DNA of 64,000 nt, from the NCBI RefSeq assembly GCF_009914755.1, contig NC_060938.1; one strand, 5' to 3'. Below, piece by piece: positions 16,366-28,075 of this stretch; position 1 is the stretch's first letter, and each line of letters opens with the position of its first letter. The position numbers were made by a program, and so were the translations under genes. This DNA comes from the human T2T-CHM13v2.0 reference genome, Homo sapiens. A model generated the notes under the pieces. It saw only the letters and a list, made by a program, of their open reading frames with translations. It was not told where the DNA came from and did not search any database.

Positions 16366-16866
16366 TATCTCTATATCTATATATAGTCTTTGTATCATAT
16401 ATGTAGTCTATATATATACACATATAGTCTATATATAACATATAATCATCTATATATAGTATATATAGTGTATATATACTATATATAGTGTATATATAGT
16501 ATATATATAGTGTGTATATATAGTATATATATAGTATATATACTATACTATATGTATATATGTATATATGTATACTATATGTATATATAGTATATATACT
16601 ATATATGCTATATATATACTATATATACACTATATGTATATATGTATATATGTATACTAGATGTATATATAGTATATATACTATATATACACTATAGTAT
16701 AAATACAGTGTGTATATAGTATATATATGGTATATATAGTATATATAGTGTGTATATATATGTACACTATATATATACACATTGATCATTTGGGCGTGTA
16801 CATATATATGTACATATGTGTGTGTGTGTGTGTGCATATATATATATAGTGTATATATATATATAG
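16366..16866. repeat. Degenerate (TA)n/(TATAG)n/(TG)n tract, ~500 bp
   Basis: Directly visible in the sequence. Confidence 0.95.
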
Positions 16867-17290
16867 TCTTGGTCTATTATCTATGTCACTTCTGGCCAGT
16901 TTAGCTGGGTTTAAGAACTATAATCCAGGTGTTGAGTTTGCTGATTGTTTCCACACTCCTTCTGTGGACAGAGCTGGGAAATATTTTTCTTGTGGAGACA
17001 AAATATATTATTGTTTATACTGATTTTTCCAATTCAAATTTAGGATTACAGAATTTTCTTTACTTTTTTGTTTTTATATTTTAAAAATCTCTTTTATGCT
17101 AACATTTTTAAACTTCCATCTGCCTTACCTTAACACATTTCTTTTATATATATTGACACTAACAATGAAACGACTGAAAACACTTTAAGATTTCTTGCAG
17201 TTCTCTTTGTTCACAGTGTATATCTAATTAGGATTTACCACCATATTGCCAGTTTTCTATTAATAATGTATATTCAACTAAGGATTGACC

Positions 17291-17643
17291 ATGTAAATGT
17301 CAGCTGCTTTTGATAGCCACCATCCTATGTGATTGGCGACTTCTGCTTTTGCGACTTTAAACCAAAGCAGTGGGCCCTGTGCTACCTTTCCACTTTGCCT
17401 TGCATCTTGGCACTGGAAGAAGACAATGCATTTATTACTGAGAGTTGCCCAAGAACTCACAGCTCCATCCTAGGGACTCTAGCTCTGGCTGGCTGGGGAG
17501 GAGAAGGTTTACAAGCATCGGGCTCGTATGTGTCAGGCATTTAGCTGGGCACAGCACCCTTAGTTCCTCAGGTGGAGGTCCTGTTGTTACCCCTACTTTA
17601 CAGGTATGGAGACTGAAGAACAGACGGAAGTTACTTGCCCAAA
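17291..17643 (+). repeat. Copy 1 of a 353-bp direct duplication
   Basis: Matches 19145-19497 without indels; 7 substitutions counted by eye. Confidence 0.95.
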
Positions 17644-17810
17644 GTAACTGTGCTTCAGGTCTTTTAAAAGAAACCTTATTTGTGCAGTTAAGCTACGAAA
17701 TCAATACATGGTTAATTTTGTTTGCCTAATTTTGCTTTCACATTTTAGAGATTGCTTTTTAAGTTAATTTTGTTGCATAATTTAATAAAATGTGTATATG
17801 AGTCCAGAGA

Positions 17811-17942
17811 AAGGATTGGCAAACTACAGTTGATGGGTCTTATCTTGCCTGTGACCTGTTTTTATATGGTCTTTGAGGTGAGAATGGTTTTTACATTTTT
17901 AACCAGCTCCAACAAACACACAGACACACACATAGACACACA

Positions 17943-17974
<32 letters not shown>

Positions 17975-18070
17975 CAGAGAGAGAATTATATATAACAGTG
18001 ACTACATATGGCCTACAAAACCTAAAATATTTACTGACTGGCTCTTTACAGAAAAACTTTGTAACCCTTG
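17811..18070. mobile_element. MER58-type hAT-Charlie DNA transposon relic with an internal (CA)n(GA)n microsatellite
   Basis: Termini ggattggcaaacta...aactttgtaacccttg; internal ctaaaatatttact...ggctctttacagaaaa. Confidence 0.75.
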
Positions 18071-19144
18071 TTCTAGAGTCAAATCTGCAAAACAAGGTAC
18101 ATTTCGAGAAATCATCCATGTTCCACCTCTAACCCTGTCTCCCCCATTCTGCTCCCCTCCCTTCCTCTTAAGGCAGTCTTATTTATTTGCTTATTTTAGT
18201 TTCTAGTTTGTCTTCTTATTGCTTCTTAGTGGAAACACACACATGTTCACGTCCCCTCTTCTTTACACAGTTTTTTCTCCCACTTTGAATTTTTTTTCAC
18301 TGAACAATGTGTCCTGGAGATCGCTTCATAGCAGGATAGGTTCCTCATTCTTTTTTACAACTGCGTAGTGGTCCAGAGTATTAATGTACTAGAGTTTATT
18401 CAGCCAGTCCTTTCTCGATGAACATTGGGTTGTTCCCTGTTTTTTATTTTTACAAATAGTGCTGTTTTCAGTGGCATTGTGCTTATATCTCTTTGGGATT
18501 TTGCCAGTGTAAGTTTAGGATTAGTTCTTAGAAGTGGGGTTGCTGGGTCATGCATATTGCCGAGTAACGATGCATATGTTATTTTGCTCAAAGTTGTCTA
18601 AATCCTTTCTGCACAGGGCTTGTACCATTTGCATTTCTGGCAGCCATATGTAGATACCTAACACCCCCAGAGCCACCTAACAAGGGTGTTGCAAAACTTT
18701 GGGATTTTGTTAATTTGATAGGCAAGTAATGGTATCTCTGTGTGATTTAAATTTGCATTGCTTTTGTTAGGAGCAAAGTGGAAGGACCATTTCATTTTTT
18801 TCTGAGCTCTGTTTCCTTGCCCGTTTTTCTGTAGAGCTATTGGTCTTTTTCATCTATTTTTAGGGACCATCTGTGTATTACAGATAGTGACCTTTGCCTG
18901 TAATAGAAGTTGTAAATATTTCTCCTACTTGTCTTTTTTACTTTATTTATTTATTTACTTGCTTGCTTTCTGCCATCCCAAAGTATTTTTTTTTAATTAT
19001 TATTGTTTTTATATAGTCCAGTTTATTCAACTTTTCACTTATTGCTTCTGGGTTTGGAGTCATAGCTGGGAAAGTTTTCCCTAGTCCCAGGTTGTAGAGA
19101 AATTCAATCATGTTTTTTCTCATAGTTATGTTATACTTTGTTTA

Positions 19145-19497
19145 ATGTAAATGTCAGTTGCTTTTGATAGCCACCATCCTATGTGATTGGCGACTTCTGC
19201 TTTTGCGACTTTAAACCAAAGCAGTGGGTCCTGTGCTACCTTTCCACTTTGCCTTGCATCTTGGCACTGGAAGAAGACAATGCATTTATTATTGAGAGTT
19301 GCCCAAGAACTCACAGCTCCATCCTAGGGACTCTAGCTCTAGCTGGCTGGGGAGGAGAAGGTTTACAAGCATCGGGCTTGTATGTGTCAGGCATTTAGCT
19401 GGGCACAGCACCCTTAGTTCCTCAGCTGGAGGTCCTGTTGTTACCCCTACTTTACAGATATGGAGACTGAAGAACAGACGGAAGTTACTTGCCCAAA
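19145..19497 (+). repeat. Copy 2 of the 353-bp direct duplication
   Basis: See copy 1; ends in a MIR fragment that continues in this copy. Confidence 0.95.
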
Positions 19498-22400
19498 ATT
19501 ATGCAGCCAGTAATAGGCTGCCACGCTCAGGTCCCCAGGGTGTCTGCCTAAGTGCTTGGGCCCTCCCACTTGGCATCTCACCCCTGCTCATCCAAGGGCC
19601 AGGAGAGGCCCCACCCACCTCTGGGCTCTTGTGAGGCTGCAGCGTGGAGCACAGTCCTGCTGTGCTCCCACCTCCCACCAAGGTCTTGGAGCAGCTTTCC
19701 TTTGTCTCCACGTCTGAGGCACAGGGCAGGGGCTGGCTCAATCAGGGCCAGGGGAAGGACCTGTGAGTGAATGTCATCTCACCCGGGGGTCCTGGGAGAG
19801 CCAGTGGCAAAGGCTTTTGTGTGTTGCCTCAGCCCTGCATGCCAGGATGTTGCTGGGAGCCGGAGGACCCTGGATTGCTACTTTTAAAGTAGTCGACCTT
19901 TTGTTCATTCACTCATTCATTTATGCATTTACTCACTTATCCAGCATCAATTTGACACACCTTACTGATGCCTGCAGGGGCAGACCCAGTGCTAGCCAAG
20001 GGTGACCCAGAAATGTGGGCAGCAGGGCGTCTGTGCCAGGAGCTCACAGTCCTGTGGCGTAGGCAGGTGGCTGATGTGGGCAGCTAAGGGAGCACAGGGT
20101 TGCGTGTGAGCCCAGAGCAGTGCCTCCCCACCCCCTGTCCTTCAGGTCTGGGTGCAGAGGACTGGCAGCATGGGGTGAGGGATAGCTGGGTGCATCCGCC
20201 AGTCCTTCTTCTTTCTGAGGACCAGGAGTACTTAGAGGCTCAGAGGTGTGGTTGGGGCCCTCGTGTTGATGACTCAAAAACTAGACCTAGGAAGGGAACG
20301 AACCTTCCCCAGGCACATAGTAAATCTGTAGTGGGCCAAGATTGGAGCCCAGTGACCACCCCCAACCCCGTGCACTCTGGAAGTGGCAGGAACCCAAGGC
20401 TGCTCTGGACGAGTCAGCAGCGGCCCAGCATCCCCCAGGTTTGCTGGTGGGCCGAGTGGTGGGCAGATTGTAGGGACATAACCCCTGCATGTGTCATGAT
20501 CGATCTTCTGCTTTCCCCAAGACCATGTCCCTGCATCTCTACCAGGGGCCCGCAGTTGCCAGAAGAGTCTGAGTGAGACTCCCTTTTGGATCCAGCTCGT
20601 TAGGCTCGGGTAGCAGCGTCCCATGCCAGCTGTTGGTGTAATTAAGGTTGCCATAAAACCCACCAGCTAGACACACAAATGGCTCCTTTGCTCTTTCCTG
20701 GGGCATGAGCAGTTGTGAAGGCGAGTAAATCATGTTCGGTGGCGATCACTTCAAAGGCCAGCCTTCCACTTGCAGCCACATTATTGGCAGGGATCGCCCA
20801 TAACACGGCTTGTTTCCCAGCCATTCACTTTTATGACACCCTAATGAATTGGGCCATTTCCATCCATTCTCAGAAAATGTACGGAACAACTGTTTTGGTT
20901 CTCCTCAAAAAGTTTGTCTTGGGAGGCAGGTGGTGTGTTGGCAGGGGCATGTAGGTAGTTCTTGGCTCCTGGGCAAGTTGCCTGTCTCTGAGACTTCATG
21001 CCCACCGAGAGAAGCTACCTATGGGGCTCTTGTCATGAGATAACTTATGTGAACCCCCCAGCCAAGGCCCAGCACCTAACGGGCACTCAGCGAGTGGCAG
21101 GGAGGGCCGTCATCTTCCTCATCCTTTCCCTGGGTCAGCCTCTTAGGGATCAAAGTGTTGAGGCTGGTGGGGGCTGTGATATCAAGGCCATGTGGGAGGA
21201 TAGAGCAGGCACAGGCATGCAGAATCCAGTGCGTGGAGGAAGGCAGGCAGCCGTGCCGTGAGGGGCAGCTTGTCTCCCTGTTCTGCATTCAGAAGGCTTT
21301 TTTTTTCCACCCCTGGATCATTCTTTAGGCTTCAGGGGGCCCACTCTGAAATCTCCCTGGTTGAGGGTTGCTTTGGAAGAGGCTCAGAGAAGAGCGGTCA
21401 TCTGTTGCCTACCCTCCCCCAGGAATTACAGAGGCAGGAATTGACCAGCAGGAGAATGAACCGTGGGTCCCAGGGAAGCCGTGGAGGTCGGAAGAGGCTC
21501 CACCATGCCCTGGCCCTGTGACCTTGAGCAAATCCGTACCTCTTCCTGGGCCTCAGTGAACCTCATCCAGAGAATGGGCCTCAACCTCCTCCTCCTCTAA
21601 CCTAAACTGAAATTATGGAGTGACACATTTAATGTGAATTTGATGTATACATTTTAAGGAGGATGACAGAAAATATGTCTGCAAAATTTGAAAGGTATGA
21701 ACTCCAATTAAAAAGTCAAGGTGGCTCATTTTGAGCTGGCGGGGCCCAGGGACTGAACTGTTTATGCTGCAGCCACATGGTGGCGGCCCAGGAACTGGTA
21801 AAGGGACCGGCCGGCCCCTGCGACCAACTTGAGACCTTGCTGCGCTTCCATGGCTGCGCGTGGGTGCCCAGCATGTTATTTCCATATTGTCATTAAAGTC
21901 CTGTCCTCTGTGAGTTTGTTAAGTGGAGCTACTTGCTGGTCCTGGTACTGGGACCCTTCTCCATCCCCTCACCAGAGCTGGATACTTGAGAGCAGAAGCT
22001 GAATGTGATAAAATCCTCTAAGAAAGCAAAACAACTGCTCAATACTTAATAAAGTCAGTTTATGAGACAGCAGACTGTGAAGTATCGGTGATGATGCTAA
22101 AACAATACAAAGTGTCGTTAAAGCTAAAATATGTCCTGTGATTCTGGCTTTATGGTCTGTCCCCAAGCACACTTGCTCCTGCATTACTGTGGCTCCTCTG
22201 GGACAACAATCTGGGACTTTGCAAGCTGTGAATTATGTGACGTCTTCAGAAGCAGGACCCACTCAAAGCATGACCCCAGTGTTGATGGATGTCAATATGC
22301 TCTCGAGGTGCCCTTGGCGAGTCAAGGCCCTTCCCTTTGCGCTTTCCCTGGGATCCTGCTGCTCTCAAGGGGTGATAGGGATGCCTCTCTGGACCCATGT

Positions 22401-22625
22401 GGCAATAGAGCAGGGGGGCTGAGAAGCTGACAGACACTGGACTGGGCATGGGGCAGGAGGGTCCATGATTCCATATATGGCTTGTGGGTGCTGCTCAGCC
22501 TGGGTGTGTGTGGCCCAGCATAAACTTCACTAAACCTGCCTGCCCCCTGGGTCCTTGGCCTTCCCTGCATAGGCGCCTGTCCGTGCTGCCAGGCCTGCCA
22601 GCATGACCGGTGTCCGCTCTTGCAG

Positions 22626-22796
22626 GTGATGAGAAGCTACAAGGCGACCATCCAGCAGACCTTGGACATCCTGTTCCTCCGGGAAGGCTCCGAGTTCCTG
22701 AGCAGCACAGACGCTTCCACCCGGGACTCAGCTGACCGCACCATTATTGCCTGGGATTTCCGGACCTCTGCCAAAATCTCCAACCAGATTTTCCAC
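22626..22796 (+). CDS. WDR25: WDR25 internal coding exon (third from last), WD40 repeat region, 171 nt, phase 0/0
   Basis: ctcttgcag|GTGATG...TTCCAC|gtaaga. Encodes [57 protein letters not shown] with a WD dipeptide; recognised as WDR25. Confidence 0.95.
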
Positions 22797-23390
22797 GTAA
22801 GAAATCCCATTTGGCATTGCTGTCAGTTTCAGCCACAGAGCGTATCCATGTAGTTCTGGTCTGTCTGAGGTCCCAGGTCCCTTCTGTGGGAGGAGGCTCA
22901 CTGGACTGAAATCTCCAGGATGAGGGTAGTCAGGTCTCAGCCTGCCGCACACATGGAGAGCTTGCTGTGGGCTTCCAGATGCAACCTCCTTCTGCTCTTC
23001 TTGTGCCAGCACAGCAACCCCACAGGGTAAGGGTCTGGTGGGGGGCGGTTCAGTCCAGATCAATGGGGAACGTGGCAGTGCAACCTGAGAAACCCCACCC
23101 TCCCACTGCCACCACAACCAGCTACTCAGAAGGGGTTTCTGACCCTCAGTGGCATTGGCAGTTGATGTAGCCCAGGAGTTCAGAGCAGGGGCCCCACAGT
23201 TAGAACACCTGCATTAAGGTTTTGGATTCACTAGGACCTTATAAGGCGGAGAGCCTTGGGCCTGCTATTTAGCCTCTTTGATTCTCACTTTCTTCATTAG
23301 AAAATAGTTTTGAGAATTAAGAGAGAGAGAGAATGTTTGTAAAGGGTATAGCACAGTGTCAGGCACGGGGAATGCTTCTGTGCTTTAACT

Positions 23391-25182
23391 GTCATTACCA
23401 CCACCACCATCAACATCACTACCACCACCAGTGTCATCACTGCCACCATCATCGTCACCATCAGTACCACCATCAGCATCACTGTGTCTATAGCCACCAC
23501 AACCACTGTTGTCATTGTCACTACCACCACTACTATCATCACCACCATCATCACCAGCACCAGCACCATCAGCATCACTACCACCACCAGTGTCATCACC
23601 GCCACCATCACCAGTACCACCATCAGCATCACTATCTTTATACCCACCACCTCCACTGTCATCATTGTCACTACTACCACTCCTGTCATCACCACCACCA
23701 CCACCATTATCACCAGGACCAGCACCATCAGCATCACTATCTCTATACCCACCACCACCACCACTGTCATCATTGTCACTACTACCACTCCTGTCATCAC
23801 CACCACCACCACCACCACCACCATTATCACCAGGACCAGCACCATCAGCATCACTATCTCTATACCCACCACCACCACCACTGTCATCATTGTCACTACT
23901 ACCACTCCTGTCATCACCACCACCACCACCATTATCACCAGGACCAGCACCATCACCATCACTATCTCTATACCCACCACCACCACCACTGTCATCATTG
24001 TCACTACTACCACTCCTGTCATCACCACCACCACCACCATTATCACCAGGACCAGCACCATCAGCATCACTACCACCACCAGTGTCATCACCGCCACCAT
24101 CACCAGTACCACCATCAGCATCACTATCTCTATACCCACCACCACCACTGTCATCATTGTCACTACCACCACTACTATCGTCACCACCATCACCACTACC
24201 ACCACCATTATCACCAGCACCAGCACCATCAGCATCACTACCACCACCAGTGTCATCACCGCCACCACCACCAGTACCACCATCAGCATCACTATCTCTA
24301 TACCCACCACCTCCACTGTCATCATTGTCACTACCACCACTACTGTCATCATCACCATTATCACCAGCACCAGCACCATCAGCATCACTATCTCTATACC
24401 CACCACCACCACAGTCATCATTGTCACTACTACCACTCCTGTCATCACCAGCACCACCACCATTATCACCAGCACCACCGCCATTATCACCAGCACCACT
24501 GCCATCAGCATCACCATCACCATCTTTGTACTCATCACCATCATCGTCACCACCGCGCCACCACCATCACTGCCACCACTATTATCACTAGCACTACCAC
24601 CATCAGCATCAGCATCACCATCTGTATACTCACCACCATTACCATCATCGTCATCACTGCCACCACCATCACCACTGTCCTCTTTATCTCCAGCACCACC
24701 ATCATCGTCACTGTCACCATACCACTCTCATCTTCACCACCACACCATCTCTATCACCACCACCATCACCATCATCACCACTGCCATCTCTGTCACCTTC
24801 ACTGTCACCAGCATCTTTATTGCTGCACCACCACCATCACCACTCTATCACCACCACCATCTCCGTCACTACCACCAACTGTATCACCACCACGATCACT
24901 GCCGTCATTACACCACCCCATCTCTGTCACCACTACCATCTCTTATCAGTACCACCCCACCATCAGCACCACACTATCTCTATCACCACCACTGTCACCA
25001 GCATGTCTAGCACCACCACCACCATTACCACCATCATCACCACCGTCATCTCTGTCACACCACCATCACCACCGTGATTGTCACCACCACCATCTCTATT
25101 ATATTGTTATCATCACCACCACCACCACCACTGCTACCGTCATCATTGTCACCACTACCACCGCCATCATCAGCATCATCTT
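23391..25182. repeat. ~1.8-kb CAC/CAT triplet-based tandem repeat with higher-order units (108, 117 and ~150-160 bp), in a WDR25 intron
   Basis: Unit anchor actgtcatcattgtc at 23655, 23763, 23880 and 23988; the right third is more degenerate. Confidence 0.95.
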
Positions 25183-25934
25183 TTGAGATTTCAACTAACC
25201 CAAGACTAATCTCTGAATTTAAAACTGTATGTCATGTGTATATGATATATGTGGGTGTACATGAAATATCTATCCTGTGTACACCTTCTTTTCCTCCCTG
25301 CCTTTTCCTTGTTCTCAGTGGGTTCTAAGTGGCTCTGAGCAAACCCACTTCTAGACCTCCACTGCAGGGTGTCCCAGGGCAACCCATTGGGCAGGACAGG
25401 CCCTTGTGGGGAGCTGGAGGGGCACATCTGGCCTCTGAGGGTGTCCTGCCTCCAGGAGCCCAGGGGAAGTGAGGCAGATGAAGGTGCCTTGCGCCTGAAC
25501 TATAGTTACACTCCACACTGTCTGTGTGGAGGGAGCAGGTGCTCAGCCTGGCACCATCACACTGGGAGCTTGTTATCTGGCCATGGCAGCCTCTGTGCCT
25601 CTGATGGCCACATCAGCCTGAAGCTGTGCTTCCTGCTGCTCCCCACTTTGCCCTCTGAGTTTGGGCTCACTTAGAGAGTGTGGCCTAGGGACAATAGTTA
25701 GAACAATGTAAAGCCAGCTTGAGGGGGTAGTTTTTAGGGGTGCTTCCTGTCAATGAAGCAGTGAGATCTCGCGCCCCCTGTGTTTTGAGGTTTGTGCCTG
25801 CATTTCTTTTCTCATTTGGCCACTTACCTCCTCACTTACTGTGCATTTTGGCTGTGTGGGTCCCTGGGCTGGGCTGGGCTGTCCCTGAGGGCTCATTGTG
25901 GAGGTGGGGAGATGGGCATGTAGATTCCTTTTCT

Positions 25935-26552
25935 ATCCTTGTGTGATAAATTACACAAACTTGGTGGCTGGAAGAACACAAACTTATTCCCTCACAGTTC
26001 TGGAGGCCCGAAGTTCATAATCAATATTAAGTATGATTGGGCTGAAATCAAGATGTTGGCAGGGTGTGCTCCCTCTGGAGTGTCAAGGGGAGAATCCTTC
26101 CTGCCCTCTTCTGGCTTTTGGTGACAGCCAGCATTCCTGACTTGTGGCTGCATCTCTCCAGCCCTCCAAGCCAGCATCTTCACACCACCTTCACTGTTTG
26201 TCACATCTCTGCGCCTTCCCTTTGTTTCTTTCTTTCTTTTTTTTTTTTTTTTGTAGAGATGGGGTTTTGCCATGTTGCCCAGGCTGGTCTCGAACTCCTG
26301 GGCTCAAGAGATCCGCCCGCCTCAGCATCCCAGAGTGCTGGGATACAGGCGTGAGCCACCACACCCAGCCTTGGCTTTCTTTCTATGAGGCTGCACGTGA
26401 CTGCATTTAGTGTAATATAGGATCATCTCCTTATCTCAGAATCCTTAGTTATGTCTGCAGAGACCCTTGGTTTTGACCCTGTAAGGTAACATTCACAGGT
26501 TTCAGGAATTAGAACATGGGTATATTTTGGGGGGCATTTTCCTGCCTGCCAC
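25935..26552 (-). mobile_element. MaLR LTR (MLT1C-like), antisense, with an Alu monomer inserted at ~26220-26372
   Basis: cacaaacttggtggct...ctcacagttctggaggc...aatcaagatgttggcaggg...taaggtaacattcacaggtt...ccaca. Confidence 0.75.
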
Positions 26553-26772
26553 AGGGACACAGGCAGGTTGTAGAAGCTGGGAAACATGGAGGAAACTGGA
26601 TTCCCCTCCAGCCTCCAGAAAGAAGTGCGGCTCCGCCAACATCTTGACTTCAGCCCAGCGAGGCCTTTTTCAGACTTCCGACTCGCAGGACTGTGTGATG
26701 TGAAATGTGTGTGTCTTGAGCCACCAAGCTTGTGGTGATTTGTCACAGCAGTGATAGGAAACCAATGGAGAC
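26553..26772 (+). mobile_element. MaLR LTR 3' half (MLT1D-like), sense
   Basis: agaagctgg...ccagcctccagaa...atcttgacttcagccc...agccaccaagcttgtggtgatttgtcacagcag. Confidence 0.7.
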
Positions 26773-26868
26773 ACCCAGCTAGGGTCTGGGAGCAGGCCCC
26801 AGGCCCCAGAGCAGAGTGCCAGGTTGGGGGTGTCTTCTCTGACCCATTTGTGGCTCTGCTGTTCTCAG

Positions 26869-27009
26869 GAGAGGTTCACCTGCCCCAGCCTCGCCTTGCA
26901 CCCGAGAGAGCCCGTGTTCCTGGCACAGACCAATGGCAACTACCTGGCCCTTTTCTCCACTGTGTGGCCCTACCGGATGAGCAGACGGCGGCGCTATGAA
27001 GGGCACAAG
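26869..27009 (+). CDS. WDR25: WDR25 penultimate coding exon, 141 nt, phase 0/0
   Basis: gttctcag|GAGAGG...CACAAG|gtactt. Encodes [47 protein letters not shown], in frame with the flanking exons. Confidence 0.95.
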
Positions 27010-27620
27010 GTACTTCTGTCCTTGTCCCCCAGGCGAATGCTGAGCCCCAGCCCCAAGCCTCCTGGCAGTCCTGGACATGGGCCCTGGGGTGCATGGAGCC
27101 TCTGTCTGGGTGGATCCTGCTTTCTGTTTCCTGGGTGAGCGCATGCCATGTGGCTCACTGTCTCTTCAAGTCCCTGAACCACATCTGGTCCTCACCCCAG
27201 GCCCCACGTACTGGGCAGGAAGCAGTAGTTGGCTCACACAGACAGGTCTCAGAAGTGGGGGGCAGGAACAGGACAAAATGGTCATGGGTGTCATTTCTGC
27301 ATCCTTCCCTTTCCTCACTGAGGCCAAGCCTTGCTGGGGTGGAAGGGGCTGGGTGCTTAGTGACTGTCACTGAGGCCAGACCCCTCAGCTGGGCTGGAGC
27401 TGGTCCCGCTGGATCTGCTGAACTGGCCTTGGGATGTGGGCCCGCATCAGGGCTCTACAGCCTCATGGGCGGGACCTGGGCTTTGGCCTCAGGGACACGA
27501 GGTGCGAAGCCCAGCTCTGCTCCGTCAGCTCGGGGCTTCAGCCTGCTCCTCTGTAGAATGGGCATACTCACCCCGGCTTGACAGGTGCGGCTTGCTCACC
27601 CACTGTGTCCCTCTCTGCAG

Positions 27621-27842
27621 GTGGAGGGCTACTCAGTGGGCTGCGAGTGCTCCCCAGGCGGTGACTTGCTGGTGACGGGCAGCGCCGATGGCCGGGTCCT
27701 GATGTACAGCTTCCGCACAGCCAGCCGAGCATGCACACTGCAGGGGCACACACAGGCCTGTGTCGGCACCACCTATCACCCCGTGCTGCCCTCCGTCCTC
27801 GCCACCTGCTCCTGGGGAGGGGACATGAAGATCTGGCACTGA
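27621..27842 (+). CDS. WDR25: WDR25 terminal coding exon (222 nt to TGA)
   Basis: ccctctctgcag|GTGGAG. Encodes [29 protein letters not shown]...LQGHTQAC...[14 protein letters not shown], containing canonical WD40 motifs ([19 protein letters not shown]). Confidence 0.96.
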
Positions 27843-27954
27843 GCTTTTTGTCACTGAACCTTCCCGATGCCAGCTGGGCTCTTGGACTCCCCTCTTCCTC
27901 AAGGGTAGATGAGAGGAACGAGCACAGAGGTTGGCTGTGGGTCCTGGGTACCAC

Positions 27955-28075
27955 CTTCTGAGCCTCAGTTTCCTCATCTGTAAAGTGGGGAGAAAAGTCT
28001 GTTTGCCTCAGGAGTGTGAGGACTACACTAGTGAAAGCGCCTGGCGGGCAGCCGGCGATGCCCAATAAATGTGTG
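27955..28075 (+). mobile_element. MIR 3' half in the WDR25 3'UTR
   Basis: Core ctgagcctcagtttcctcatctgtaaagtgggg...tgtgaggac...gtgaaagcgcctggc...caataaatgt. Confidence 0.8.
28064..28069 (+). terminator. WDR25: WDR25 polyadenylation signal AATAAA
   Basis: AATAAA ~220 nt after the stop codon, followed by a GT/T-rich tract (gtgtgttttgctgtttgtt). Confidence 0.85.

Noticed and set aside
17291-19497. LTR retroelement with two LTRs
   Set aside because: There are no TG...CA ends, PBS, PPT or TSD, and the interior is MER58 and old L1.
23297-25186. 617-, 508-, 418- and 360-aa ORFs as a real mucin-like or His-rich gene
   Set aside because: They overlap in four frames of one triplet repeat that rarely generates stop codons. 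The region is intronic, with no exon structure or domain.
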